Part shown: positions 41,606 through 52,357 of the stretch, piece after piece
Numbering within the stretch: the first letter of the stretch is position 1
How the letters are laid out: each line of letters starts with the position of its first letter
Origin: Nitrospinales bacterium
Lineage (GTDB): Bacteria; Nitrospinota; Nitrospinia; Nitrospinales; VA-1
Assembly: GCA_965262115.1 (NCBI GenBank)
Contig: OZ253496.1
Span: forward strand, 1,664,001-1,728,000
Length of the DNA: 64,000 nucleotides
Direction: 5' to 3'
Translations under genes and position numbers: made by a program
The notes under the pieces: model-generated
The model's database searches: none
Told to the model about the DNA's origin: nothing
The model's input: the letters and a program-made list of their open reading frames with translations, nothing else

Positions 41606-41874
41606 AACTGGCAATATCTTTAACTTCTGGGCAAAAAGTTATCTCGGCTTGAGAAACTCCACTGGAACGTCATCGCGAGCTGCGGCGCGGCGATCCAGTT
41701 TTGTTTGCATCATGCCCAGAAGGGGTAAAATAAAGGCATTGTAATCTGCCACCGGCGGCTCGCCGGTTAACCCGAGATGCTGATCGAGAACAAAATGAAG
41801 ATAATGGAAATTACCAGCGGAGGTTCTCCGCCCACTAGCTGTGGAGGCAGGAGCAATGCCCATGGAGCGAGAGC
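41606..41874. repeat. Family C repeat cluster with a partial family B copy (to 41727)
   Basis: AAGTTATCTCGGC, CATGCCCAGAAGGGGTA, CCACCGGCGGCTCGCC and ACCAGCGGAGGTTCTCCGCCCACTAGC modules. Confidence 0.7.
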
Positions 41875-43080
41875 ATGATTGATAGCAGTAACAAGACATT
41901 GCATCCTGAGTCCAGCGTCACGCTGGATTTTTTAATTATTGCTGGCGAGGCCTCCGGAGACTTGCATGGCTCGAATCTGGTATCGGCTTTAAAGGCTCTT
42001 TTGCCTCAGGTCCGTTTCAGCGGAATGGGTGGGTCGAGAATGCGGCAGGCTGGGGTGGAAACACTCTTTGGCATTGAGCGTATGGGCGCGGTCGGGGTGG
42101 TTGAGGTGCTGGGAGAATTTGGTCATTATTACAAGGTCTATCGGACATTGATGAAGGAAATCGCCTCGCGCCGTTATGATGCGGTGATTCTCATCGACTA
42201 TCCCACACTAAATCTTAGATTGGCAAAACAGGCACGACGTTTTGCTTGCCCGGTATTATTTTTCATCAGCCCGCAGATTTGGGCCTGGAGGAAGGGAAGA
42301 ATCCGGAATATCCGGGCGTCTGTGAGCAAGATGTTTGTCATTCTCCCGTTTGAAGAAAAACTGTATCTCGATGCCGGGGTAGACGCGGAATTTCTGGGGC
42401 ATCCGTTTGTGGACATGGTCCATCCCAGCCGGACTCGTGAAGAGAGCCGGGTAAAATATTCCTTAAATCCAGAGATCAGGACCATCGGGCTTTTGCCCGG
42501 AAGCAGGATGAATGAGGTAAACTCCCTTTTAGATGTGATGGTTCAGGCGGGAGAAAAAATTCGCGATGAACTGGGTTCCTGCCAGTTTCTTCTTCCCGTT
42601 GCCGACTCTATCGATCCCGATCTGATCCGCCAGCGTCTGGGTACCAACCCGCTGGGTATCCAATTGGTTGAGGGAGAACCCTATGATGTGATGAATAGTT
42701 GTGACATGTTGATCATTGCATCCGGTTCTGCCACGCTGGAAGCGGGAATTCTTGGATGCCCCATGGTCATCATCTACAAGTTGAATCCCTTGACCTACTT
42801 GCTGGCACAGTTGTTAGTTGATGCTCCATTGGTAGGTCTGGTGAATATTGTGGCGGAGGAAGAGGTGGTGCCCGAATTAATACAGGATAAAGTGACAGCA
42901 GAAAATATCTCTACCGAGGTGCTTGCAGTTTTGCGGGTTTCTGGAAAGGAACAGGCTGTTCGCGAGCGTCTTCTTGAAATCAGAAAAACTCTGGGAGAAC
43001 CCGGGGTCATGAAGGTTGTCGCGAAACGCATTGCCGATTTTATGGATAAATTGAGCGCCAATGAAAAAACTCCTGTTTAA
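41875..43080 (+). CDS. lpxB: Lipid-A-disaccharide synthase
   Basis: AGEASGDLHG, IDYP..N, SPQIWAWR, LLPGSR..E and SGSATLE. Confidence 0.95.
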   Translation: MIDSSNKTLHPESSVTLDFLIIAGEASGDLHGSNLVSALKALLPQVRFSGMGGSRMRQAGVETLFGIERMGAVGVVEVLGEFGHYYKVYRTLMKEIASRRYDAVILIDYPTLNLRLAKQARRFACPVLFFISPQIWAWRKGRIRNIRASVSKMFVILPFEEKLYLDAGVDAEFLGHPFVDMVHPSRTREESRVKYSLNPEIRTIGLLPGSRMNEVNSLLDVMVQAGEKIRDELGSCQFLLPVADSIDPDLIRQRLGTNPLGIQLVEGEPYDVMNSCDMLIIASGSATLEAGILGCPMVIIYKLNPLTYLLAQLLVDAPLVGLVNIVAEEEVVPELIQDKVTAENISTEVLAVLRVSGKEQAVRERLLEIRKTLGEPGVMKVVAKRIADFMDKLSANEKTPV

Positions 43081-43705
43081 TTACGTATTCCCATATCTCC
43101 TTTTTGGATTGGTGTATCTCTGGTGCCTGACTCTTCGCTCAAAAAACCTGAACGAGGAAGAAGAAAACCATATTAAGAATCTTACCGGACCCTATATCAT
43201 CACCTTGTGGCATGGAAGAATCTTTTACCTGTTTTATTATCTTAGTCGACACCCGGATTATTTCCTGCTGATCAGCCCGAGTGAAGATGGCGATCTTCTG
43301 ACCCGGCTCGCGCAATTGATGGGTTATTCCGTGATTCGGGGGTCGACGTTTAAAAAAGCTGTTCCCGCAGCCCGATCCCTGATTAAAGTTTTGCGCAGGA
43401 ACCAGAGGATTATTATAATTGCTGATGGTTCCCGCGGACCGCGATGTGTGGCTCAATCGGGATCGGTGCAATTGGCGGGAATAACCGGAGCGCCCATTTT
43501 CCCCATGACCTTCGGAGCCAAAAATAAAATGGTCTTAAATAGCTGGGACCGGTTTGTCATCCCCTGGCCTTTTGCCCGTTGTGCCCTTAACTTCTCATCA
43601 CCCATTTCTTTGCCCCGCAAATCGTCTGAGCAAAGCATCGAGGAAAAGCGATTGGAGCTGGAAAGTGCCCTCAATCTTATAACCCAAGCCAGCGACGAAA
43701 GCTGA
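43061..43705 (+). CDS. DUF374 / lysophospholipid acyltransferase-like protein
   Basis: WHGR, ISPSEDG, RGS, DGSRGP and SWDRFVIP. Confidence 0.85.
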   Translation: MKKLLFNYVFPYLLFGLVYLWCLTLRSKNLNEEEENHIKNLTGPYIITLWHGRIFYLFYYLSRHPDYFLLISPSEDGDLLTRLAQLMGYSVIRGSTFKKAVPAARSLIKVLRRNQRIIIIADGSRGPRCVAQSGSVQLAGITGAPIFPMTFGAKNKMVLNSWDRFVIPWPFARCALNFSSPISLPRKSSEQSIEEKRLELESALNLITQASDES

Positions 43706-43741
43706 AAAACGCTTTAAAATTAAACATTTTTGGTCCCCAAT

Positions 43742-43758
43742 TGCCTTAAATTGGGGCA
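43742..43758. promoter_or_regulatory. Candidate NtrC-type enhancer site
   Basis: TGCCTTAAATTGGGGCA (TGC-N11-GCA) about 115 bp upstream of the candidate sigma54 promoter. Confidence 0.35.
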
Positions 43759-43872
43759 TCTATCCGTGTTTGAATTTGCCTATTGGCTGTGGTATAGTTC
43801 GCCGGTATCGTAAACCCCTTTAAATTTATGGATTTTTAGCAGGGTTCGCCATAAGGATTTAGCAATCCTTAT

Positions 43873-43888
43873 TGGCATGAATATTGAA
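43873..43888 (+). promoter_or_regulatory. Candidate sigma54 promoter of glnB-glnA
   Basis: TGGCATGAATATTGAA: GG at -24 with correct spacing to TTGA (consensus TTGC). Confidence 0.45.
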
Positions 43889-44006
43889 GTAAGTTGAAGT
43901 AACCGGTTAGGGGGTTTACGAAAAAGAGTCGTTGTGGCTTGGCAAGGGTTCCGGCCATAAGGAGAATCGTTCACCAGCCCGGATCTTTTTTGAACAAACT
44001 GGCTAA

Positions 44007-44357
<351 letters not shown>

Positions 44358-44440
44358 TCCATGGATTCTTTGAATAACCGTCTTCTTTCTAAATAGAATT
44401 ATCATAGATTTCCCTGTCGGGGATTTCTGGAATTTATATA

Positions 44441-44477
44441 TAAAACGGACACCGTGGGACGGTACCCGTTTTTTTTG
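44441..44477 (+). terminator. Hairpin plus T-tract between glnB and glnA
   Basis: AAAACGGACACCGT-GGG-ACGGTACCCGTTTTTTTTT. Confidence 0.45.
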
Positions 44478-44530
44478 CGTCTTTTTTTTATGCTTATAAT
44501 CTTTAACTATTTTTTGCAGGAGATACTTTA

Positions 44531-45943
44531 ATGACCCCCAAAGAGGCGGTAGATTTCGCAAAAAAGAATAATGCTCGGATTGTAGATATGAAGTTTACGG
44601 ATCTGCTCGGATCCTGGCAGCATTTTTCTGTGCCTGTGAGTGAATTGGAAGAAGCTTTGTTTGAAGAAGGCTTGGGGTTCGATGGCTCGAGCATCCGCGG
44701 ATGGCAGGCCATTAATAATAGCGACATGTTGGCCATTCCCGATCCAGCCACTACGGTCATGGATCCGTTTATGAAAGATGCGACGGTCAGTATGATTTGT
44801 AATATTGTGGACCCGATCACCAAAGAAAAATACAGCCGTGATCCTCGCAATATCGCCCAGAAAGCAGAAGCCTATCTCAAGTCCACCGGAATTGGTGATA
44901 CTGCCTGCTTTGGGCCGGAAGCGGAATTTTTTATTTTTGATAATATTCAATACGATTCCACCGCCAATGAATCGTTTTATTCGATCGATTCTTCTGAAGG
45001 AACCTGGAATACGGGTAGGGATGAAGAGCCTAACTTGGGCCACAAGCCGAGACATAAAGAAGGCTATTTTCCGGTTGCTCCTAACGATACGCTTCAGGAT
45101 ATTCGCTCTGAAATGATGTTGCTCATGGAGCAGGTTGGCATCAACATGGAGTGCCACCATCACGAAGTGGCAACGGGTGGTCAATGTGAAATCGATATGC
45201 GTTTTGCTCCGCTGGTTAATTGTGCTGATAACCTGATGTGGTACAAATACATTGTTAAAAACGTTGCCCGGGCGCATGGTAAGACCGCAACCTTCATGCC
45301 CAAACCCATGTATGGTGATAACGGAACTGGAATGCATGTTCATCAGAGTATCTGGAAGGATGGCAAATCTCTGATGGCCGGAAACAGTTATGCGGGTTTC
45401 AGCGAACTGGGCATGCACTGCATCGGCGGTATTTTGAAACACTCGCGGGCGATTTGTGCTTTTGCCGCACCGACCACCAACTCCTACAAACGGTTGGTTC
45501 CGGGTTTCGAAGCCCCGGTCAACCTAGCTTATTCCAGCCGGAACCGGAGCGCGGCCATCCGTATCCCCATGTACTCACCCAGTCCCAAAGCAAAACGATT
45601 GGAAATCCGCTACCCCGATCCTTCCTGTAATGGTTATCTGGCTTTCTCTGCAATGCTCATGGCGGGCCTGGATGGCATTGAAAATAAAATTGACCCCGGT
45701 GAGCCGCTGGATAAAAACATTTACTCCCTGAGGCCGGAAGAGTTGGCGGGTGTTACTACCCTGCCGCACTCTTTGGATCAGGCGCTTGAAGCTCTGGAGA
45801 ATGATCATGAATTTCTCCTTAAGGGCGATGTGTTCACTCAGGATTTGATTGAAACCTGGATCGGATATAAACGTGAAAATGAAATTGATCCTCTGCGTTT
45901 GCGACCACATCCTCTGGAGTTTCAAATGTATTACGATTGCTGA
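44531..45943 (+). CDS. glnA: Glutamine synthetase type I
   Basis: [37 protein letters not shown] and KNIY adenylylation site. Confidence 0.97.
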   Translation: MTPKEAVDFAKKNNARIVDMKFTDLLGSWQHFSVPVSELEEALFEEGLGFDGSSIRGWQAINNSDMLAIPDPATTVMDPFMKDATVSMICNIVDPITKEKYSRDPRNIAQKAEAYLKSTGIGDTACFGPEAEFFIFDNIQYDSTANESFYSIDSSEGTWNTGRDEEPNLGHKPRHKEGYFPVAPNDTLQDIRSEMMLLMEQVGINMECHHHEVATGGQCEIDMRFAPLVNCADNLMWYKYIVKNVARAHGKTATFMPKPMYGDNGTGMHVHQSIWKDGKSLMAGNSYAGFSELGMHCIGGILKHSRAICAFAAPTTNSYKRLVPGFEAPVNLAYSSRNRSAAIRIPMYSPSPKAKRLEIRYPDPSCNGYLAFSAMLMAGLDGIENKIDPGEPLDKNIYSLRPEELAGVTTLPHSLDQALEALENDHEFLLKGDVFTQDLIETWIGYKRENEIDPLRLRPHPLEFQMYYDC

Positions 45944-45964
45944 TCAGGAGAGAACCCTGAACTT

Positions 45965-45997
45965 AAAACCCCCCGGGTTTTCCCATGGAGTTTTTTT
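45965..45997 (+). terminator. Probable intrinsic terminator after glnA
   Basis: Imperfect GC-rich hairpin followed by T7. Confidence 0.4.
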
Positions 45998-46055
45998 ATG
46001 TGCTAAATTGGGCCAATATTGAGGTTAAAACCCCAATGGCCATGAGAAAGCTTAC

Positions 46056-49000
46056 ATGACTTTTTCTGCAGAACTTATCCAGCGAATTCACCAACGTCAG
46101 CCTTGGGACGAAACCCTGTCCAAACCTTTACAGGATTTTGGTCTTCGTGGTCCTGAAACCGCCTGGAAAGACCTCGTTGGCCTGGCTGGCCATGCCCAAT
46201 TTGAAAAACTATACCCGGATTTTTTCAAAGTCTTGCTGGAACTGATTTCCAGTTCGTATAACGGGGATATGGCTCTGCACAACTTCGAGCGTTTTTCAGA
46301 AAAAATTTCGGATAAGGATTGTTTATACGCGCAACTGATCGAATCGTTTTCCCTGTTTGAAGCCCTGGTATTTTTGTTTTCCGGCAGTCAGGTGCTCACT
46401 GATGCTCTGCTCAAAGAACCGTCATACATAAACTGGTTAAGCCGACCGAAGACTCTGATCAACTCCAAATCAAAAGATATACTGATGCGGGACTTCTATG
46501 AAATGGCGGGGAAAGAATTTCAAAGTAAAAACCTTTTTTCTGCTCTGAGAAAATTTAAAAAAAGGGAATACATACGAATTGGATTGCGGGACCTGTTAGG
46601 GAAAGTCGATTTCCAGGAAACGGTTGAGGATATTTCCAACCTCGCTGATGTTTGCCTGCAAACCGCCTATGGGCACACCGACCGGGAGTTACGAAAAAAA
46701 TATGGCCGCCCTGTTTACCAGAATGCAGATGGTAGTTGGAAAGAATCAGAATTTACTGTCCTGGGCATGGGAAAACTGGGAGGCCGCGAACTCAATTACA
46801 GTTCCGATATTGACCTGATCTATATTTATACATCCAGTCAGGGAGAAACGCGCCCGGAAAATGAGAATGATCAACCCATTTTGAGTATCAGCAATCATGA
46901 GTACTTCACCAGGCTGGCGTTGGGAATCTCCAAATCTCTCAACGAAATAACTTCAGACGGCAATGTGTTCCGAGTGGACCTTGAACTTCGACCGGAAGGG
47001 AACAGTGGTGAGATTGTGAACTCTCTGGCCAGTTGCGAAATTTATTACCAGTCCTGGGGGAGAACCTGGGAAAGGCAGGCCCTCATCAAGGCCCGTGTTT
47101 CGGCGGGCAGTGAGAACCTGGGCAAGAAATTCTTTGAAATGATCGAGTCGTTTATTTACCGAAGAAGCCTGGACTTTGAGGCCATTAAAGAAATAAAGTC
47201 CATGAAGCATCAGATCAATAAAAGTCTCAAGGGAAAACACTTGAAGGGAAATATTAAACTTGGATTTGGTGGCATCCGAGAAGTGGAATTTATCATTCAG
47301 GCTTATCAGTTGCTGTTGGGTGGAAGGGATAAAAGCCTGCGTGTTCGCGATTCACTGGGAGCCATGAAAATACTTTGCGAAAAAAATATCCTTACAAAAG
47401 AAGACCACGATCGTCTCCGTGAGGCCTACATCTTTTTGCGCAATTTGGAAAATCGCGTGCAAATCACTTTTGGTTTGCAAACCCACCTTTTTCCGGATAA
47501 CGAAACCGACTTGGCTGTGCTGGCCAGAAAAATGAGGACCCCGGGTGACAGCCAGAAAAGTCTGGCCAATAACCTGATGAAAGAATATGAAAATCACACC
47601 CGGTTCGTGGGCGCAATGTTCGCTGAACAATTCGTCAAAAAAGAAAAACGGGATGCGGCAGAAACCCTCTCCGGTGAATGGGATCGATCCAGGGTGGGGG
47701 AGGACCAGTTTGTTGAAAGCAAATTGGCGGAGATCCCCCTTCTTTCCAATCCGAAAAGCGCATACCGGTTTCTCGAAGCTTTTCGTGATGGAGCCCAGTT
47801 TTCACATCCTTCCGTGCGCAGTATTCGGAAGTTTTACAGCATCATTCCTAAAATATTCCAGCAGTGCGAAAAGGTTCCCATGCCCGATTTGGCAATCGAA
47901 AACCTGTGCCGATTTGTGGAAGCGACCGGGGCCAGAGAGTCTTTCCTCAACCTGTTTCAGGAAAATGAAAAATTTCTTGAGTTATTGCTCATACTTTTTG
48001 GTAGCAGTGGAATGCTGTCACAAACCCTGATCAGGCAGCCTGGTTTGGTCGATGTGCTGACCGACATGGATAGTATTTACCGTTTCAAGCTAGCAGAAAA
48101 AATACAGGAAGATTTAAACCGGGCACTAAAAAATTCTCCAAATTTTGAGTCCAGGTCTATGGTGCTTCGGCGTATCAAGCAGGCCGAGGAACTTCGTATC
48201 GGAGTGCGCTACCTGATCAAGGAAGCTAACCTTTCCGGCACTCTGGAAGATCTTTCCAATCTCGCGGATGTTTTCCTGGAAACCGTTTACCAAATCGCCT
48301 GTGACGAGCTCGAAAAAAAATCCAGGCATGGCAACTTTCGTGATTTTTGCATCATTGGAATGGGCAAGTTGGGAGGGCGTGAATTGAATTTTAGATCGGA
48401 CCTCGATGTGCTGCTGGTCTACGATGAAGGCGAAAGCGATCCTCCGCCGGAAGGGTTTGCGGATTATTACTCAGCCCTGTCGCAGATGATCTATAAACTG
48501 ACTTCTGAAGTGACTCCGGCTGGTTATGCCTACAAAATTGATACCGAACTCCGGCCAGAGGGAGATGCGGGAGTGCTGGTTCTTTCTGTCCATGGCTACG
48601 AAAAATATTTTCAATCTCGAGCCAGAATCTGGGAGCAACAGGCCCTGGTGCGGGCACGATTTGTGGCTGGCAACGCTGAGGTGGGAAAAAAGTTCATCGA
48701 GTCCGCCCACAATTTTGCCTACCATGATAAGTTTGAATATGTTTTTCTCATAGAAATATCGCGTCTTAGAGAAAGAATGGAACAGGAGCTGGCAAAGGAA
48801 GCCACCAAGGGAAAAAATGTGAAGCTGGGATTTGGGGGTCTGGCCGATATCGAGTTTGCGATGCAGATTCTCCAGTTGAAGCACGGCAAAAAGTTTGAGC
48901 GTCTTCGACAAACCAACACCCTTTCAGCTCTGCTAAGTTTCGTCGCCCTCGGGTTGGTCGATCAGGATATGGCCGAAGAACTTCGGGACAGCTATCTTTT

Positions 49001-49223
49001 TCTAAGAAATCTGGAATGCGCCCTGCGAATCATTCGACAGACTCCCACCAACACGCTTCCCAAAGATAATAAGGAGTTGGCACCCGTGGCCCGGCTACTC
49101 GGATACGAGGGTAAGGACCCTGAAACCCTGACAAGCAGCTTGCTCACCGATTATGATCGCCATACGCGACAGGTCCGCAAATATTATCGTAAAACCATCG
49201 GCCACCTCCTCAACGTTCCTTAG
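46056..49223 (+). CDS. glnE: Glutamine synthetase adenylyltransferase/deadenylase
   Basis: Two nucleotidyltransferase domains (GMGKLGGRELN..SD.D, LRPEG, WERQAL..AR, KLG.GG..E.EF). Confidence 0.94.
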   Translation: MTFSAELIQRIHQRQPWDETLSKPLQDFGLRGPETAWKDLVGLAGHAQFEKLYPDFFKVLLELISSSYNGDMALHNFERFSEKISDKDCLYAQLIESFSLFEALVFLFSGSQVLTDALLKEPSYINWLSRPKTLINSKSKDILMRDFYEMAGKEFQSKNLFSALRKFKKREYIRIGLRDLLGKVDFQETVEDISNLADVCLQTAYGHTDRELRKKYGRPVYQNADGSWKESEFTVLGMGKLGGRELNYSSDIDLIYIYTSSQGETRPENENDQPILSISNHEYFTRLALGISKSLNEITSDGNVFRVDLELRPEGNSGEIVNSLASCEIYYQSWGRTWERQALIKARVSAGSENLGKKFFEMIESFIYRRSLDFEAIKEIKSMKHQINKSLKGKHLKGNIKLGFGGIREVEFIIQAYQLLLGGRDKSLRVRDSLGAMKILCEKNILTKEDHDRLREAYIFLRNLENRVQITFGLQTHLFPDNETDLAVLARKMRTPGDSQKSLANNLMKEYENHTRFVGAMFAEQFVKKEKRDAAETLSGEWDRSRVGEDQFVESKLAEIPLLSNPKSAYRFLEAFRDGAQFSHPSVRSIRKFYSIIPKIFQQCEKVPMPDLAIENLCRFVEATGARESFLNLFQENEKFLELLLILFGSSGMLSQTLIRQPGLVDVLTDMDSIYRFKLAEKIQEDLNRALKNSPNFESRSMVLRRIKQAEELRIGVRYLIKEANLSGTLEDLSNLADVFLETVYQIACDELEKKSRHGNFRDFCIIGMGKLGGRELNFRSDLDVLLVYDEGESDPPPEGFADYYSALSQMIYKLTSEVTPAGYAYKIDTELRPEGDAGVLVLSVHGYEKYFQSRARIWEQQALVRARFVAGNAEVGKKFIESAHNFAYHDKFEYVFLIEISRLRERMEQELAKEATKGKNVKLGFGGLADIEFAMQILQLKHGKKFERLRQTNTLSALLSFVALGLVDQDMAEELRDSYLFLRNLECALRIIRQTPTNTLPKDNKELAPVARLLGYEGKDPETLTSSLLTDYDRHTRQVRKYYRKTIGHLLNVP

Positions 49224-49508
49224 CCCCCGGCTGCTGGCCGGAGAGAACAGGGCCTTCGCGGCGTGCGCGTGGTAATCCCCATCAACAAATTCAATATTTG
49301 ACATATGAATAGGAAGAATAAGAAAATTTTTCTATTTGAAATAATTGACTTTAAAATGCGGGGGGGGTGAGGCGGATAAGAAGATAGATATTTGGACCGA
49401 TCAAAAAACGGTATATCAACAGCTTTCCGCTGTTTTAAATGCTAACTTGGAGGGTAAATATTTGCAGTCCGATTTGAACCGGCATCTATCTGGAAACTCT
49501 TAGGGCGG

Positions 49509-51077
49509 CTAGCCACCGCCCTGATTGAGTTTGTAGTCGATGCTGTCGATCAAGGCCTGCCAACTGGCTTCGATGATATTTTCTGAGACCCCAACGGTTC
49601 CCCATTTGGATTGATGGTCGCCGGATTCCACCAGCACCCGGGTTTTGGCACGGGTGCCTTTTTGTTCATCCAGAATGCGAACCTTGTAATCGTAGAGGTT
49701 GACATCCTCGAGTTCCGGGTAGAATTTCACCAGGGCTTTTTTGATGGCCTTATCCAGGGCGTCGACCGGACCCGCGCCTTCGGCAGCTGAAACCTCTTGT
49801 ACGCCGTTGACCCGCAGTTTGACCGTGGCCTCGGAGATGGGTTCTTCATCTTCCTTGCGTTTTTCAACGATGACCCGGAAGCCGATAAAATCGAAAAAGA
49901 CTTCTTTTTCGCCCAAGGCGTCACGCATCATCAGTTCAAAGGAAGCTTCGGCCCCTTCATACTGGAAGCCGAGGTTCTCGGACTCTTTAAGGGAGTTCAG
50001 GATTTTTGCCACCTTGGGGTCTTTATCGTCAATGTTGATGCCATATTCCTTGGCTTTGTGGAGCACATTACTTTTTCCTGAAAGGTCGGAAACCAGAATG
50101 CGCTGGTGGTTGCCCACTTTTTCGGGTTCGATGTGTTCATAGGTCAGCGCATTTTTGTGCACCGCGCTGACATGCACACCGCCTTTATGGGCAAACGCGC
50201 TTTTTCCCACAAACGGTTGCTGGTTCCAGTGCGCCCGGTTGGCCAGCTCATCCACAAAAGCGGAAGCGTCTTTCAGGGATTGCAGTTGTTCATCGGTGAC
50301 GCAGTCGATGCCCATTTTAATTTTCAGGTTAGCGATGATAGAAACCAGGTTGGCGTTGCCGCAGCGCTCTCCATAACCGTTGATGGTGCCCTGCACCTGT
50401 TCGGCACCGGCCTGAACGGCGGTGAGAGAATTGGCGACCGCCACTTCTGCATCGTTGTGGGCATGGATGCCCATTTTAACGGAAATGGATTTTTTAACTT
50501 CTTCGAAGATAGAACGCACCTCGTGCGGCAGTGAGCCACCGTTGGTGTCGCACAGGATGATCCAGTCGGCTCCGGCGGATTCGGCTTCTTTGATCGTCTT
50601 GAGGGCGTAGTCCGGATTATTTTTGTAGCCATCGAAAAAATGTTCGCAATCAAACAGGACCTCCTCGCGGTGCTTTTTCAAATAAGCGACGCTCTCAAAG
50701 ATCATGCGCAGGTTCTCGTCGAGGCTGGTGCCCAAGGCATCTTTCACGTGCAGGTCCCAGGTTTTTCCGAACAGGGTCACCACCTGGGTCTCGGTTTTCA
50801 GTAGAGCCTGCATGACGATATCGTCTTCCACCTTTTTTTCTGGATAACGGGTACTGCCGAAGGCCGTGATCCGGGTCTGAGAAAATTTGGCGCGGTTCGC
50901 CTTTTCAAAAAAATCGATGTCCCTCGGATTTGATCCCGGCCAGCCGCCTTCGACATAATGCGCTCCCAACTCGTCGAGTTTGTGGGCGATGCGGATTTTG
51001 TCCTCGACGGTGAAGGAGATGCCTTCGGCCTGGGATCCGTCTCTAAGGGTAGTGTCATAAATTTTTACGGAACTCAT
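49509..51077 (-). CDS. cimA: Citramalate synthase (LeuA family)
   Basis: [29 protein letters not shown] and AFAHKGGVH. Confidence 0.9.
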   Translation of the reverse strand: MSSVKIYDTTLRDGSQAEGISFTVEDKIRIAHKLDELGAHYVEGGWPGSNPRDIDFFEKANRAKFSQTRITAFGSTRYPEKKVEDDIVMQALLKTETQVVTLFGKTWDLHVKDALGTSLDENLRMIFESVAYLKKHREEVLFDCEHFFDGYKNNPDYALKTIKEAESAGADWIILCDTNGGSLPHEVRSIFEEVKKSISVKMGIHAHNDAEVAVANSLTAVQAGAEQVQGTINGYGERCGNANLVSIIANLKIKMGIDCVTDEQLQSLKDASAFVDELANRAHWNQQPFVGKSAFAHKGGVHVSAVHKNALTYEHIEPEKVGNHQRILVSDLSGKSNVLHKAKEYGINIDDKDPKVAKILNSLKESENLGFQYEGAEASFELMMRDALGEKEVFFDFIGFRVIVEKRKEDEEPISEATVKLRVNGVQEVSAAEGAGPVDALDKAIKKALVKFYPELEDVNLYDYKVRILDEQKGTRAKTRVLVESGDHQSKWGTVGVSENIIEASWQALIDSIDYKLNQGGG

Positions 51078-51079
51078 TT

Positions 51080-52357
51080 TTAAACAGCGCTCACTTTTTT
51101 TGCGGTTTTCTTTTTAGCGTTCTTTTTAACTGGTTTGTTCTCCAACTTAAAGATATCGTGCAGAGCGGTAACGGCAAGTTTAGAATTTTTTTGTTCAATG
51201 ATGCAGGACACTTTGATCTCTGAGGTGCTGATCATCAATATATTAATTTTATGTGCAGACAAGGTTTTAAAAATTTGTGCCGCGACTCCTGAATGACTGC
51301 GCATGCCTGCTCCGACAATGGAAAGTTTAGCAATTTTTGCATCGGAGCTGACATGGGTGGCGTGGATTTTTTTTGCAACTTTCTTCATAATAACCATGGC
51401 TTCATTCAGTTCTTCCCGTTCCAGCGTGAACGACAGGTCGGTATGCCCTTGTTCGCTGACATTCTGAATGATCATGTCCACAGAAATGGACGCAGACGCC
51501 AAAGGCTCAAAAATATTAGCGGCGATACCCGGCTGATCGGGAACTTCCTTCAGGGTGATTTTTGCCTGGTTTTTGTCGCACATGATTCCGGAAACTACCG
51601 GTTGTTCCATTTTTGGATCCTCCTCGCAGATCAAAGTTCCCTTGTCCTTCTCTTTGAAAGACGATTTAACAAGCAGGGGCATCTTGTATTTATGGGCAAA
51701 CTCCACACAACGGATTTGCAGGACTTTGGCTCCCAGACTGGCCATTTCCAGCATCTCATCATACGATACCACATCCAGCCTTCTGGCCTGTGGCACGAGT
51801 CTGGGGTCGGCGGTATAAACCCCATCGACATCGGTATAGATTTCACATTGCCGGGCGTCGAGCGCAACCGCCAGAGCCACCGCCGAGGTGTCCGACCCGC
51901 CTCTGCCTAAAGTGGTCACATCGCCTTCCGGGTTGATGCCCTGGAATCCGGCGACCACGATCACATGATTTTCCTTCAGCATTTTACGAGCCCGCTGGGC
52001 ATCAATACTCTTGATGCGAGCCCGGGTATGGGTGCTGTCGGTCTGCAGGCCAATCTGTCTTCCCGTCATGGAAAGTGCAGGAATACCTCTGGATTGCAGG
52101 GCGAGGGTCAACAGAGCGGACGAGATGCGTTCGCCGGATGACAGGAGCATGTCGATTTCCCGTCTCGCCGGATTTTTAGAAAGGCTATGTGCCATTTTCA
52201 GCAATTTGTCGGTTTCCCCTGCCATAGCCGAAACCACGGCAACGATATCGATGCCGGTTTTTCGGGTTTTCGCGATGCGGTCGGCCACACATTGGATACG
52301 CTCCAGAGTTCCTACAGAGGTGCCGCCATATTTTTGTACAATTAAAGATTTGTTCAT
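51080..52357 (-). CDS. lysC: Aspartate kinase
   Basis: [20 protein letters not shown] and two ACT domains. Confidence 0.95.
   Translation of the reverse strand: MNKSLIVQKYGGTSVGTLERIQCVADRIAKTRKTGIDIVAVVSAMAGETDKLLKMAHSLSKNPARREIDMLLSSGERISSALLTLALQSRGIPALSMTGRQIGLQTDSTHTRARIKSIDAQRARKMLKENHVIVVAGFQGINPEGDVTTLGRGGSDTSAVALAVALDARQCEIYTDVDGVYTADPRLVPQARRLDVVSYDEMLEMASLGAKVLQIRCVEFAHKYKMPLLVKSSFKEKDKGTLICEEDPKMEQPVVSGIMCDKNQAKITLKEVPDQPGIAANIFEPLASASISVDMIIQNVSEQGHTDLSFTLEREELNEAMVIMKKVAKKIHATHVSSDAKIAKLSIVGAGMRSHSGVAAQIFKTLSAHKINILMISTSEIKVSCIIEQKNSKLAVTALHDIFKLENKPVKKNAKKKTAKKVSAV

Noticed and set aside
44528..45442. 304-aa ORF antisense to glnA (also long antisense ORFs in clpC, metH, uvrC and lysC)
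   Set aside because: Shadow frames of conserved genes with no recognisable motifs.
49224..49304. Gene on the minus strand after glnE (MSNIEFVDGDYHAHAA...)
   Set aside because: Only about 27 codons before it runs antisense into glnE; at most an unidentifiable remnant.
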